Source: Lytechinus pictus (taxonomy: Eukaryota). Taken from it: a stretch of 64,000 nucleotides of DNA. Below the pieces are notes generated by a model. The model searched no databases, had not been told where the DNA came from, and saw only the letters and a list, made by a program, of their open reading frames with translations. The position numbers and the translations under genes are program-made. The stretch lies in NCBI RefSeq assembly GCF_037042905.1, contig NC_087245.1:22756001-22820000 (forward strand). Reading direction: 5' to 3'. This document shows, in pieces, positions 12,451-25,135 of this stretch (position 1 is the first letter of the stretch; each line of letters begins with the position of its first letter).

Positions 12451-14401
12451 CCCCGGCCACTCTGTCCTTTGCGTATGAAAGGGCTTTCACAATTGGTTGT
12501 GCATCCGTTTGGATAGAATACAATTTGCACATGACATAGCAATGCTTACAAAGTCGAGCAACCAATTGTGAAAGTACTTTCATATGTACATCTTGTTTAC
12601 CCCATTCTCACCGAAAGGAAATAGAGTAAACTACATGAAATGCATGTTCAGAGTAGAAAAAATCCGATTCAACAATCAAAAGAACAAAACGGACTTCAAA
12701 CACTTTAGCATTGTCAATTTGAAGTGATATCTATTTTTGCTTTGTAAATGCAATGATATTGAATTGTTGATTATCATTAAAGAAAACATTCAAGGGATTT
12801 ACAATTGTTTATGAGAAATAAACAGCATATTGTCTGAAAATAAACTTTGAAAATTATCAAATATGCGCTAAAAATCTATATATTGTCACAAAAATTTCAT
12901 TTCATGAAGTTCACTCTAGTAGAAGAAAAAAAAAACCCTACTTTTTAATTTGAAGATTCCTGGAATGTTGCAAAGTGCTTTGTTATTGATGCATTCCCTA
13001 TGAATAATCATTTTCCTTTAATGGATTTTGTTTTGGATCATAAAATTATGGAGGTTGACCAAGCTATCTTCCATTTTGGTCGATAAAAAAATATTGTGTC
13101 TCTAAATAACAGGATAAGGCAGTAATAACTAATAATTTGTGTTATATAACAGAGGAACAATTTGCAGCCAATTTCAATCCACTTTGCAACATTTACCAAT
13201 CCCAGAATCTGGATGGGGGTGGGATGGCTAATTGAGGATTGCACATCAACAAAGGGTATAATATTTTATAACCATGTGAAGTTGAAAAATGTGCAATGCT
13301 AAGGGGGGGGGGGGGGGGGACTTGACCCGTTGCAAGCCAATATGTGACATTGTTGCCACGACCTTGAAAATACCTGTGTATAAATTTGGCATATAGAATG
13401 CAGGTGTATTAAAAATAATGGTGGGGGGGGGGGGAGAGGATGATGAATAAACAAAATTGTAAAACTGGGGGTAATCTGGAACAATGTAACTTTTGGCTTG
13501 CAAAAGGGTTACATGACACTTGCTCCTGTAACAACTGCTCCTACAGAAAATCCACAAATTAATACCGACCTTTGACCTCAAAACCAACCCCATTCATCAT
13601 CCTTACATTCTAACACAAACGTCCTATTCACAACTCTAACCATACATTAGTGTAGGAGCAATTGTTGCAGGAGTGAATGTCACCACACACAGGGGGGGGG
13701 GGGGGAGGTGGTGAAGGGGCTAATGGATAAAAACAGGGTGGTAAAGTGACTTATATTGGTACACAAATAAGTAGAAATGAAAACAAAAATATTCATTTTC
13801 AATGGAATTTATTGTTTCTTTTTATTAAAAAAAATGATTAAAAAAAAAATGGCCGACAGCCAAGAAGATTCACCCAAGTTGGGAGGTTGCCATAGCAACT
13901 GACCTTGATTCAATGGAGCAAACCCGAACACCCTCACAAAATGGCCGCCAGTCTGATCTGAGCTGGGGTCTCCAAGACAAAATCACACAATACATGACAT
14001 CACTACCAATTGTCCTATTTTTAAGTGTACAGGGCGGGGTGCTGGACACTGCCATACATGACATACAATACCCATATACAGTAGGTGCTTTATTTACAAG
14101 TTCAATGATACTTTGTGTAGCCAAGTGTACGAAAGACAATGCACTGGTTTTGGTTCCCTTCTATTTACCCTAACCACCCCCTTCCCCCTTCTCCCCTCTT
14201 CTATCTGCTCTTTGCCATATGACCCCCCTCTCCCATCCCCCCTTGGTCTGCTTGAATAATGCCACCACCTCATTTGAATGGCCAGGGAGCTCCTTTCCTC
14301 ACTACCACCCCCCTCTACGCCCTTTTCTCTTTTCTACAGTTTTACCAGTTAATCCATTAAATTGTAGTCTCACTCCATACCTCCCTGTACCATCCACCCA
14401 G

Positions 14402-14540
14402 GGGAAGCATTTCATAAAGATTTTTGTCAGTGACTTTCACCAACAGATGTTATGAGCTCTTGTGAATCACTGCATCTGATTGGTCAAAAGCAAATTAGTC
14501 AGTGATAATCACTGACAAATCTCCTCATGAAGAGCTTCCC
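14402..14540. mobile_element. Small Harbinger-type MITE
   Basis: gggaagcatttcat ... atgaagagcttccc TIRs. The same family occurs twice in each array unit; related elements at 58152-58297 and ~61690-61845. Confidence 0.75.
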
Positions 14541-15189
14541 AAATCTGCCAATCTTCCTTTATTTCACATCATTTCAACATTTAAAAACATGACTGATATT
14601 AAAATGTTCTAAAAAAAATAATTATGCCGTATTATTACTAATAATTTTCATATTTTAAATTTTCAATAAAAAATTTATTGCATCATTTCAGAATTGTCTA
14701 TTTGTATCTTTGATTATCATTTTTTCATTATTGTTATTCATTTTTTTTTTGGGGGGGGGCTATTCTTTTGAAATTTGTAATAAAAAATATATTGCATCAT
14801 TCCTAATTGTCTTTTTGCATCATTGTTACTAATACTAATTTTTATTAATTTATTCATTTTATTACTTTATTCTTTTTTTGGGGGGGCTATTATTTTTAAA
14901 TAAGCAGTAGCCTGAGCAGATGGGAAATATTACAACTTTGCAAATAAATGCACTGTTTTTCTGTACATATAAAATTGCGTTTCTCTCAACGTCAATAAAC
15001 ACTTTAATTTTTTCTTTTTTTGTTAATATTTGATGATTTCTTTCTTGTTATTTTTTATTGTTTCCCCTTCATTCATTCACCATAATACAAGAACCAAATG
15101 TGGTTTGCGTATGCATCCAACACTTCTTCCACACAATTTTGAGAGACAAAGCTATTGCATTCAGAATGATAAGATAATGTGAATCTAGA

Positions 15190-15600
15190 TCTAACAGGTT
15201 GAACCCTCAAGATAGGCTCGTCCTGAGGAAGTGCACTTTATATCCCACAATGCACCATCAATCATCACAGTACAATGCATGTTCCCTAGTAGTGAAGCGC
15301 AATGTCAAATTTCTGAGACAACATCCAACAAACTTTACAAAACTCCTTCCAGAATGGAGGTAAATGCAGCCGAAAGATTAAAGAATTGAGAAATGGCACC
15401 AGATAAAAATTTCCAAAGCTCATTTCAGACTAGATGTAGGAATCTATTTCTTCAGGCAAAAGGTGAATGACAACAATTTTCCAGAATAAATGTCTAATTT
15501 CAGACGGCACCAAATAGAATTTCCAAAACTCGTACCAGATGGATGTTGGAAACCGTTGTAACAATCTACGAGAAGTCATCCAATTACACTCCTTTACCTT
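15190..15600 (+). mobile_element. Highly degenerate CR1 3' fragment
   Basis: Manual translation ...NFTKLLPEWR*...HQIKISKAHFRLDVGIYFFRQKVND... parallels the CR1 C-terminal motif seen intact at 6584-7102. Part of it is locally duplicated. Confidence 0.6.
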
Positions 15601-15629
15601 CAAACTTAAACAATCAAATCTGGATTAAT

Positions 15630-17400
15630 TCTAGGCTAGATGGCCCCTGCGTCCATGCCATGATTATTGATCCATGTGAGAATGTTGCTGATTAAGGCTG
15701 TTAAAGGTACGTCAATCCTCTTTAATTGAATACCATTGTCAAGTCTCGGAGAATCATTCGCTCTGACCCCTTGAGGGTGATGGCACCATGTGCGGATGCT
15801 GATGAAGCTCTTCAAAGAATTTACAAACATCTTTCATTGACCACCATGGTCAGAACTCACAGGTCTCAAAGAGTCATCCTACCCTTGGCTCCTTCCCGTC
15901 GGCAATGTCACAATCCTCTGCGACAACAGTAGGTAAAGCCCGACCACAAATTTTTCAGGTTTGCCCAAATAGCAGCTCTGCTTTGGACTGGTTTTTAAAG
16001 CACAGGCGAGAGAGAATGTAAATTTGAAAGAAAAACTCACCAACAAAATCAGATTATGCCAAGTTCCATCAAATGCCTTCCCAAATGCACAACCTTTTTT
16101 TTTTAATTCAGCCAAGTGAATAAATGCAAATTGTCTTCCAGAAAGGATATGACTTAAAATATTCCCCAAGGAAAAACCACCAGACAACACAATGACTGAA
16201 AATGGAGAGTTTAGTATGTTGATAATCTGATGGATCACTGCCCTGCCTACAGACTGAAATGATGTAGATGAATTCCAGATGGCAATAAGCTTAGATAGCA
16301 TTGATCATGCAGATCAGAGTGCTGAGATTTCTACGAAATGATACAATGATCATCATCATCCAGATCACCTGTAAGGCACCATGTACTACCAGAACAATCA
16401 AAGGCACAGACCCCTCGACAGGGCTCTCATCTTACAAAGAGTTATGATTGATCCGATCAATCTCAAGTACTTGGAAATCCATCAATGTCTTAATTTTTCT
16501 TTAAGACAAAGAGAAGCATACTGAATTGTCAAGAAAACAGTGAATATATGAATATACACGATTTCTAGAAAATATTTTGAACATTTAATTTTAGATATTG
16601 ATGTTGCTGGCTTTCCATAGTTGCGACTGATCGGATCAATCGCAGCTCTTTGTAAGACGGGGCCCAGTTATCACCATTTGAATTTCTAGTCATTCAATTT
16701 TCATGATGGTTTGAAGAGCACTGGATACCAACAAATAGGCTGAAAAAGAATACTATTCCTCTTAGTCAGAAAGTACTTGAGGATTATCGCAACATTACCA
16801 AATTTTCAAACACCAAAGACCAAAATGTCACATGCAATTGAGACATTACTCCATAATTCAGCACCGCTCTCTTCAACCATAGACCAACAGTTTGTCTCTT
16901 CTCTTCGTTGGGGTGCAAACTGGTTCTTGATCGACAATGATCACTGCCACCAAGCCCAAAAGCCATCTTGGCTAAACTGCTCCATCAAACGTATTTAACA
17001 AACGTGAAAAAGGGCCAATACAAAGTATACTGACAAGGGTTAACTCGAAACATTACAGTGGGCAAGGCTCTTGAACAATGGCTTGACAAGTAAAAACCAC
17101 TTGCTGAAAAAAATTTGACATTGCACTTCTAAAACTAGATTCCATACCAACTTGTACTGCGGTGATTGATGAAACATGTTTTTTTTTATACATTGTGGAA
17201 AAACCATTGAAGCACACAATCCTCACTAAAGTGGGTTAAACTTTTTATCCAAACTTGTGTAGAAGCCAATTTTTTTTTTTTTTTTGCAGACGAACCGATA
17301 TTGAGAAGCCACCTTCATCACATTATCATTATCATCCAACACAGGTCTGGCTAAATCTCTCGCATTATGTGTTTACATGATGGATACACACTTGGCATTT
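15630..17400 (+). mobile_element. Ancient CR1/L2-group LINE ORF2 relic (endonuclease to RT N-terminus), interrupted by a MITE
   Basis: Collinear decayed motifs across frames: ADEALQRIYKHL...RTHRSQRVIL and RENVNLKEKLTNK (EN-like), WFEEH..NRLKK..LEDYRN (linker), ALLKLD...IDE...VKLFIQTCVEANFF (RT domain 0-like). Many stops and frameshifts. Confidence 0.5.
16422..16664. mobile_element. PIF/Harbinger-type MITE
   Basis: CAG|ggctctcatcttacaaagag ... ctctttgtaagacggggcc|CAG. Same family as 10756-11025. Confidence 0.85.
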
Positions 17401-19388
17401 AAAAAAAAAAATCAAGTTTACGGTGAATGGGGATAGGACCAAACAGTTTTTAAAATTAACTTACATTAGTCTCTCCAAAAAATTAACATGTACAGAAAAA
17501 GGGAATAGATTTATTGCAAAACAATTCACACTGCTCTATCATGGCTTTTGCAATTAATATAGAATTAATGAAATCAAAATCTTTGAATATATATAAATTT
17601 CCTTTTGAATTATTTCTTTATGTCTTAATTAGCAAATTATTATATCAGTCATGGCAGATGTTGAAACAGTGTGAAACAAAGATGAATTTCGAACAGCAGC
17701 TAGAGCAGATAGTACAGGGAGGAATATAAAGAAAGACAGCAATCAATGGATCAACAGATACTGCAAGTATTTTTAAGGTAGGAAAGAAATTTCATCAAAA
17801 TTGCCTTTAGGAGTATTGTATTGATAGATTTTCATGAAAAGAATTGGATGCCAAAGATGAAAGAAAATTACATTCATTAAAAAAAGGATGCAAATTAAAA
17901 GCCCAATGGGGGTGAAACCACTGCCCATACTTTCTCTAATAATTTTTCCCTGAGAGTAATAATTTCTGGAAACCCAATGGCATTGTCTTGCATACTCTAG
18001 GCTACACAAAATATCAATGAAATTAGAAATAAAGCACTTACATTTAATATGGATGTGGTATACCATGCACAGCAGTGTCCAGTGTCCTTCTCTCTACACT
18101 GAAAAATAGAACTCTTGGCAGTGATGTCACCAATTGTGTGATTCTGGCAGGAAGACCCCAGCTCAAACCAGACAGGAAGCCATATTTGTGAGGTGTCGGG
18201 CTTACTCCATCAATCAATGAGGTCAACTGCTACAGTCCTCCAACTTGGATGAATCTTCTCAGCTGCCGGCCTTACAATTTTTAATGAAAATTTACAAAAA
18301 ATATGAAAATCATGGATACAAAGCAAGTATAGAGTACAGACAATCATAAACTACAGGGACAGTGATTTTTCCTTTAAAAAATTGTCTTTCTGTTTCTGGA
18401 AACCTGTAACTCCATTTCAAACTTGATCTTAAGTGGTAATTCTGTTTTTTCATAGAAAGTGAACACAACAATAACATGAATTCCGTTTTGCAAAGGAAAA
18501 TTCAATTAATTTTCACATGAAAAGTTAAGAACCAAAACGGCTTTTCGATTTTGATTAACCGGTGATTAGAAAATCACTGTCCCGATATAGGGCAGGTCCA
18601 AGCTATTTAATATTATATGTGGCATACATGACATATCAAAGGGGTGTTTCACATAAATTTATCTGTGACTACAAACTCCCTCTTAAATTTCTACTTGTGT
18701 ATGGAAAATTGGTAGGATACAATTGGATCACGTTCATGGAATGTGATTTACTACGTATCATCAATGAGATTGCTCATTAAATATCCTGTGTCTGTTTGCA
18801 CTTTATACGCAGGATTTTAGTCACACTTATTTGTGAAACACCCCCTTTTCCTGTTTTCCTAGAGTAATAGAGTGATAAACTTTGCATAAATTTGAAATGA
18901 TCTGATGATATAAAACAAAAAAAACTTTCCCACTATATATGGAGCATGTTTTCTTAATAAAAATCTCCTTCACTACTAGAACTATAATATAATGGAATAT
19001 TTGAAAGAAACCAGTGCAAAGCCAATGGCAGTCTCACCTGCATTAAGTTGCAATTCAACATGGCAGCATGGTTGACTTTGTGAATAATAATAATAATAGT
19101 GCTTCATATTGAGATCTTTAAGCACTCTACATTATTACTTATAAGAGCCTTTAAATTACAATTATTTTACATTCTAAATTATTGTGCTAATATTAAATAT
19201 ACATTACAAGACATGAGAGTGAAATGTCATCTCTTTCCCATTTACCCTCTGAATATATACAATGTAATAATTCAAGGCAATGGAGGGACAATTGTCTCTA
19301 TTACACTCTCATTTATGTTGATTTTTTTTTGGGGGGGCTTTAAATTTATATTACCCATTTTTGCAGTCACACAGAAACGTTCCATGTG

Positions 19389-19955
19389 GCAAAATGACCT
19401 TGTCCTAAACATATTGAATTTTCATCTAATATTCATGTGAAAATGTATGTACACATGCAACTTTTACTTTACAGATACAGACTTCAAGGGATAAGGAAAT
19501 GAAAAGATATGAATAGTAAGTATCTACTAATGAAGCTACAATAAAATATAGTCTCCTAGATGATAGGATAGCCCCCAAAATTCACCAATCACTGAAATAG
19601 CCACCAGAAAATGAAGGGGGAAATGTCCTGTATGCTTTATTGACCGGCCTTAACCCCCCTACTGTGGTTTTAAATATTTGGTACCTTTTCTCCCATCTCT
19701 ATTTAAGAAATGTTCCCTAATGCAAAATGGCCAGTCCTAAACATATTGAGAATTTATATAATATTCATGTGAAAATAAACATACACATGCAACTTTTACT
19801 TAACAGATACCAGGCTACAAGGGAAAAGGAAATGAAAAGATATGATTAGTTAGCATTTCCTTAGGAAGCTATGATAGAATATACTCCTTTATAAATGACA
19901 GGATAGCCCTGAAAATCCACCAATCACCGATATGTGAGAAAAGCCACAAGAAAAT
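19389..19955. repeat. Diverged direct duplication, ~333-bp period
   Basis: gcaaaatg..gtcctaaacatattga..atattcatgtgaaaat..acacatgcaacttttacttt..aaggaaatgaaaagatatga..ggatagccc..caccaatcac occurs at ~19389 and ~19722. Confidence 0.85.
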
Positions 19956-21107
19956 AAAAATGATTTCCTACTATCACTACTACAGACTGAACAAGCACTG
20001 AATGATCATAATGCAACCAAAGTATGCCAACACCGTAACTATATATATTTAGGCCGGGATGAGGTTGTAAAACATTCCCCTTTTAAACATATATTGCAAT
20101 AGCAAAGTCTCTTGCAATTTCTGAGACCAAATTGGCAGTCATGCAAAATGTTCTAAATTTATGTAAAACTTCATGAGTGCATGCCAAAATTGCTCAAAAA
20201 TGAATCCAATCCAATCCAATGTAAAGTTTTCGTAAAAAGAAAATTCATAAAAGTATTTATTTACTTTTACTGCCTAAAATCATTATTTCTTGCTGTTTAA
20301 AATCAGAAGTTTTATCTTGACTTTTTTCATGCAGTATTTTTGTAACACATGAAACCTTTGCTGTGAGGTTTTATGGTATATATTTCTTTTTCTTCTAGCA
20401 CATATTGAGACACAACAATGGCCATTTAAAGCTACTCACTTTTTGTGACCAAGAGTTGGGCTGAAGGTTCTTAAAAAAAACAGCTAAAAAAATTATTTCA
20501 TTTAGAAGTTCAATGCACTTTGTGTTTTCAACTAAGATTCTATACATATGGGTCATTATGAAATCAAGGTAAAGCCATTCGTCTTACATAGGAAAAAAAA
20601 AGTTTTTGTGTTTAATAAAATGATAAACCTTTTACAGGCATAACAAATATTCATATTAGTAACATCACTTTATGATATTCTGTACAAATAAAATAAGCCT
20701 TTTTACACAAATGGCTATTAAAATAGATAATAGTGAAAATGAGAATGCCTGTATTATAAACCCTCTTGTACTACATGTAATAATTGATGAAATTCAACAG
20801 AACATATAAAATTCATGGAAAAATAAGAATTATATAGACATACCAAAAAAAAATTGGGGGGGGGGGAGTGTGCTAAACTAATCTACGACAAGTAGATCCA
20901 GGGTAAAAAACCAGAGATAAAACTCAATAGGGAAAAACTCTGGAAAACCTTTGGATCCACTTTTGCAGAATAGTCAACACACACAAAAAAAAGCAAATAC
21001 AAACTACATAGGGGAAATGAAGTAGTCTCCATGACTATTTACTGGGCCAAATGAAGTCATCATTTTATTTCTAATAGAGAAAAAGCCATTCATCCCTTCA
21101 AACTTAA

Positions 21108-21810
21108 CCCTACCTACCCGGGGGAGGGGAGATCTTTTATCTCCCCTCAACATTTTATGCAATAAATCTGTAATGCAAAAGATTGCACTGCAACGTTTCA
21201 CGACTATTTTCCTTCCAATTTTCGCGCAATTTTTAGATCACATTTGTGAAGGCCGGGTAAGCAGTTCCGGAGTTGTGCAACATTTCGTAAAAGTGATTTC
21301 ACATACAAATCTAAAGCAAATCCTATGTAGCCAAACTTCATAAATATGTAATATTCTAATTGTACTGATTGGAAAAATAGATTTCATGTATTTATGACTG
21401 AAAAAGTGTTGTTTTATCGAAAAAAAATGAAAACTTTAAGTTGAAAAATACATAAGAAATTCATAAAAAAATTATATCACCATTTTTCAAATTTTATGGA
21501 TTTGATTACAATCTTATAACGAGTGTCCAGGCTAAAATTTACATGTAGGTGTTTAAAAGTTATATTAAAGATCAACCACTGAATTATAAATTTATTTATC
21601 AATTAGTATAATTACATTAATAAGATATAAATTTGTATGATTTTGCTAAAACTATTTAACTATCCAATTTGGGAGATTTCTTCATAGGTGAGGTGTTTGA
21701 ATTTTTTATCATATCATGATCCCAACAGAGATCTGAAGAGGGAGAGATCACAAAAGCGCCCCCCCCCCCTCCCCCGGGCTATGCAAATTTCAAAATAGCC
21801 TAGGCTTAAA
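21108..21810. mobile_element. piggyBac-type non-autonomous element (decayed)
   Basis: Left end TTAA|ccctacctacccgggg. Right end ccccgggcta...aaaatagcctaggcttaa is imperfect. Confidence 0.5.
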
Positions 21811-22464
21811 AGCATTATTTTACTCAAGGAAAACATTAATACAAGTTACAAAGAAGGCATTTGTAAATGAAACAAAAGATAATCAGATACTATCGGTAAA
21901 GAAGTAATAGCTTGGACCTGCTCCTTGGATTGACACAAACGCAAAAGTCATAAAAAATATAACAAAATGGGTTCATGAGTAGCAAATGTACTAGTATATG
22001 CCAGTCACCAAGTTAATACTAAAATATTTAGACTGCCTGCTATTTGGTTAAGCATTACGATTTACATGACAAAAACTCCTGAATTAAATAGAAAACCTGA
22101 ATTTGACTTCTAGAAAACGATGTTACTTCCTCCAGACATATGGGCACTGTCACACAGAAGCCGTCTTCTTAGCATCTGTTGCAAGGTTGGTTGATAGGTC
22201 CTTTGTGTTTGGCAAGATAACCAGGGGGTCAGAATCCTTTGTCCCTCTTCTAGCATTCTCTCCCTTCAGCTTAAGCTGAAATGACACAAAAGTGAAATGA
22301 TCAATGATAATATGCTGAGTAATAAAATAACACTTAATCAATATCGATCCCTTCTTCCATTACGGAGGCAGTATGAAAGCATATTATCAATGGTAATATG
22401 CTGAGTAATAAAATAACACTTTATCAATATCGATCCCTTCTTCCATTGAGGAGGACTCTACATG

Positions 22465-22640
22465 CTCTACATTCAAAAGCTGCCTCAAAACTCATTTGTT
22501 TAAGCGGTTCTATGATTGAGACAGTCAACATAATAGCTTTAATCCTCTCTCATCTTTGTCTATTTTTCTATTAAGCGCATAGAGACGCCATGGGCAGTGA
22601 TATGCGTTATACAAGCAACGTCATATTATTTATTATTATT
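22465..22640 (+). mobile_element. L2-type LINE 3' tip
   Basis: Encodes FKSCLKTHLFK, followed by the tail taagcgcatagag...gcgttatacaag...(tat)n. Confidence 0.6.
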
Positions 22641-23799
22641 AATAATTAGTCAATAATCAACCAAAATTACACGGATGCATCTTAGAAATGGGTTTTGCAC
22701 ACAAATATTTATAATTGTTTAGTTGATTTGAACGCTTGATTACGTATGTGAACAGTCACCCCAAAACCAACAATAAGTTGCTAGGAAGGTTCTCTGTAAA
22801 TTACCCAAATTGTAATATTTGGTCTTCAAAAAAAATTTAGCTTATAAGATTAATTCTTGCTCTTCATACTGTCAAGATTTGAAGTTGCCAAGTTGAATGA
22901 AAATTAAGATATAAGAGTTTCTTTTGCACCATTTTTTGCGGACTGCTTGAAAGTTTCACTGATATTGCAGAATGTGCACATGTCATTATTAAGTGAACCT
23001 TGACCTTCAAACTTTGTTCTCTGAAGCTCTCGCAGAATTTCTTCCGCATTCAATCAAGTACTTGTGAGGGTTATTGTTAATCAATTTTGACAAGTTTTAT
23101 ATTATTTTAACTCTTAGGATGTGCTTGTTAAAGATCAATTAAATTAAATCTAAAAATATGTTTTGAATGACTAATTGTCAGTTTTGGGGGCCTGGTCAAA
23201 AATAATGGTCAATGTAAGCAAGTGCAAAATTTAGACCCACAACCAAACAACCACTTAGCTGTTTTATAGGGTTCCAATCAGAAGAGTGGGAAACCTCTCA
23301 AGAAAAGATGTTTCATGGCCAAAAATATGTTGCCAAGGAATTCATTTTACTTTTGGCAGGAACATGCCATACCCAAGAACACTGTAGCAATACCTCTCGG
23401 TTGTGACCAGAGTTTGCTTTGCCCCAAACACTGACTTCAGTATTCAACATCACACATGTACTTGAACAATATAACATATCTGATTTGAGCTAGGTTTTCT
23501 CCGGATATAACATTACAGAAAAGACATCAATCGACCACCCTAGAGTAGACCTCAACCTTGAAATATGGGTTCCATATTGTTCCTGTTCCTCCTCTTGGAA
23601 TATTAACCTATTATATTAAATATTGAATTTAAATTTGTATTTAACTTAAAAAAGGAAATTCTCAATAAATTTGAAACAAAATCCCTGTAACAACTCCCAC
23701 CTTCATCCTCACATGCACGTCAAAAGAGAAATTATTTTAGGGTTTGTCAGTAATTTTCACTGACAGATGTTATAAGCTACATCAATCCTTGCATCTGAT

Positions 23800-24457
23800 C
23801 CCGGAGGGGCCACTTCCATTAACGAGTGGATACCATGCGCGACCATGAGGTCTTGAAGAGCAGCCTAAACACGTATTTTCTATATTCTGAGAATGCACCC
23901 CTTAACAAGAATTGGCGTGCCTACCCTTAACAAGTATTGGAAACAAATACTATTGGCTAGTATTCCCAGAATTGAGCCCCTAAACCAGTACAGTGATGTA
24001 TTTTCCATATTCTGAAAATGCACCCCTTAACAAGTATTGGAAACAAAACGATACTCTTGGCAAGTATTTCCTGAAATGAACCCCTAAACAAGTACAGCGA
24101 TATTTTATTGATGTGTCACGGGTCCGTCAGTTGTCGGTTTTACCTTTACACACCATTATTTTGGTTTAGTACGGTCACACCTCGCGCTAATCGAACTCTA
24201 AACACGTATTGTTGGGGCAAAAGGACATCCTTTATAAAACATTTTGATTTTGTTTTATCATCCCCGCATATTTGACCTAAGCACGTATATTTTTCTGAGC
24301 AAAATAGATACTCTTTTTTCAATATTTTTATGTTTTTGACACCCTTTTCACGTTACGTACATAATACGCCCTATCTTGAAATAGACATCCTTTTTACGTG
24401 TTTTTTGGTCGCGCATGGTATCCACCCGTCAATGTAAGTGGCCCCCCCCCCCCCTGC
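23800..24457. mobile_element. MITE with ~45-bp TIRs and 8-bp TSD nested in a Harbinger-type MITE (present in units 1-6)
   Basis: cccggaggggccacttccattaacgagtggataccatgcgcgacca / tggtcgcgcatggtatccacccgtcaatgtaagtggccccccc. TSD catctgat at 23792-23799 and 24458-24465. Internal cccttaacaagtattgg repeats. Confidence 0.9.
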
Positions 24458-24553
24458 CATCTGATTGGCTGACAGCAAATTAAAGTCAGTGAAATACACT
24501 GACAAAAACCTTTCATGAAAATCTCCCCTGAAATATGACGTTGTTTTACTTAC

Positions 24554-24758
24554 CATTTGAGGTTTATTAGTCTGCAGCCTGACCTACGGAACGATAGACA
24601 GCCGTCTGCTGGGTGGGCGGGACACTGGACTATTGGCGGGCGATGAGGATGCAGAAAAGCTGATTGGTTGATATAGTGGCTAAGTTTACACAGAGGCAGC
24701 ACAGGAGAGGCATTACCCCCTGGGTGTGAAGGCATCGATGATCTCCCATCAGAGACAC
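24554..24758 (-). other. Exon-like cassette A' (205 nt), paralog of A
   Basis: cattgtttacag|GTGTCTCTG...CTCAAATG|gtaagt. Copies at 28775-28979, 33001-33205, 37227-37431, 41454-41658, 45679-45883 and 53679-53883. Confidence 0.7.
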
Positions 24759-24924
24759 CTGTAAACAATGAGATTTAAGGAAAGAAAAATTTTCACTGAC
24801 ACGCGTTAAAGCTACAGGACATTTATGCATTTGATTGGCTAAATGCAAATTAAAGACAGTGAAAATCAAAGACAAAAGCTTTCATGAAACACTCTCCTAA
24901 AATAGGATGTAGTTTAATACTTAC

Positions 24925-25135
24925 CACCTGAAATTATAGATCTTTAGCCAGACCTGGGGATCAACAGACAGCTGTCTGCTGGGTGGGCAGGGCACTGGAC
25001 TATGGGCGGGTGATGAGAATGCAGAGAAGCTGATTGGTTGGCTGGTATAGTTGCTATGGCTGTCTACCGAGGGACAACAGGGGAGGGGCCACACCTGCAG
25101 GTAAGGGGGCATTGATGATCACCTGTCAGCGACAC
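24925..25135 (-). other. Exon-like cassette A (211 nt)
   Basis: cattgtttaccag|GTGTC...TTCAGGTG|gtaagt. Copies at 29146-29356, 33372-33582, 37598-37808, 41825-42035, 46050-46259 and 54050-54270. Confidence 0.7.

Larger units (their letters stand above)
13851..18271. repeat. Pair of ~225-bp diverged inverted repeats (13851-14078 and 18047-18271), possible ancient long-TIR element
   Basis: ggccgacagccaagaagattcacccaagttgggagg...gagctggggtct...atcacacaat...tgacatcact...ctggacactgc aligns collinearly with the reverse complement of 18047-18271. Confidence 0.8.

Noticed and set aside
11993..12542. Long overlapping K/E/R-rich and F/L/S-rich ORFs
   Set aside because: Artefacts of the CT-rich simple repeat.
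15636..16301. Minus-strand reading with RQFAF...KAFDGTWH resembling a LINE RT core
   Set aside because: Motif spacing is too compressed. The plus strand gives several collinear LINE motifs and the expected A-richness, so this is treated as probable coincidence (not excluded).
16915..17060. Gypsy integrase zinc-finger-like peptide (KAILAKLLHQ...VY*QGL)
   Set aside because: No cysteines, LTRs or DDE core. Better explained as part of the LINE relic.
18047..18271. 7SK/U3/7SL identity for the inverted-repeat unit (begins GGATGTG)
   Set aside because: Lacks the paired GATC motifs and other conserved boxes, and the paralog does not keep the start.
23860..24100. Short repeats (cccttaacaagtattgg) as a CRISPR-like array
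   Set aside because: Irregular spacing, no unique spacers, inside a eukaryotic MITE, and no cas genes.
25110..25135. In-frame TGA in exon A as selenocysteine
   Set aside because: No SECIS seen, the paralog A' has AGA at this position, and neighbouring exons do not keep frame.
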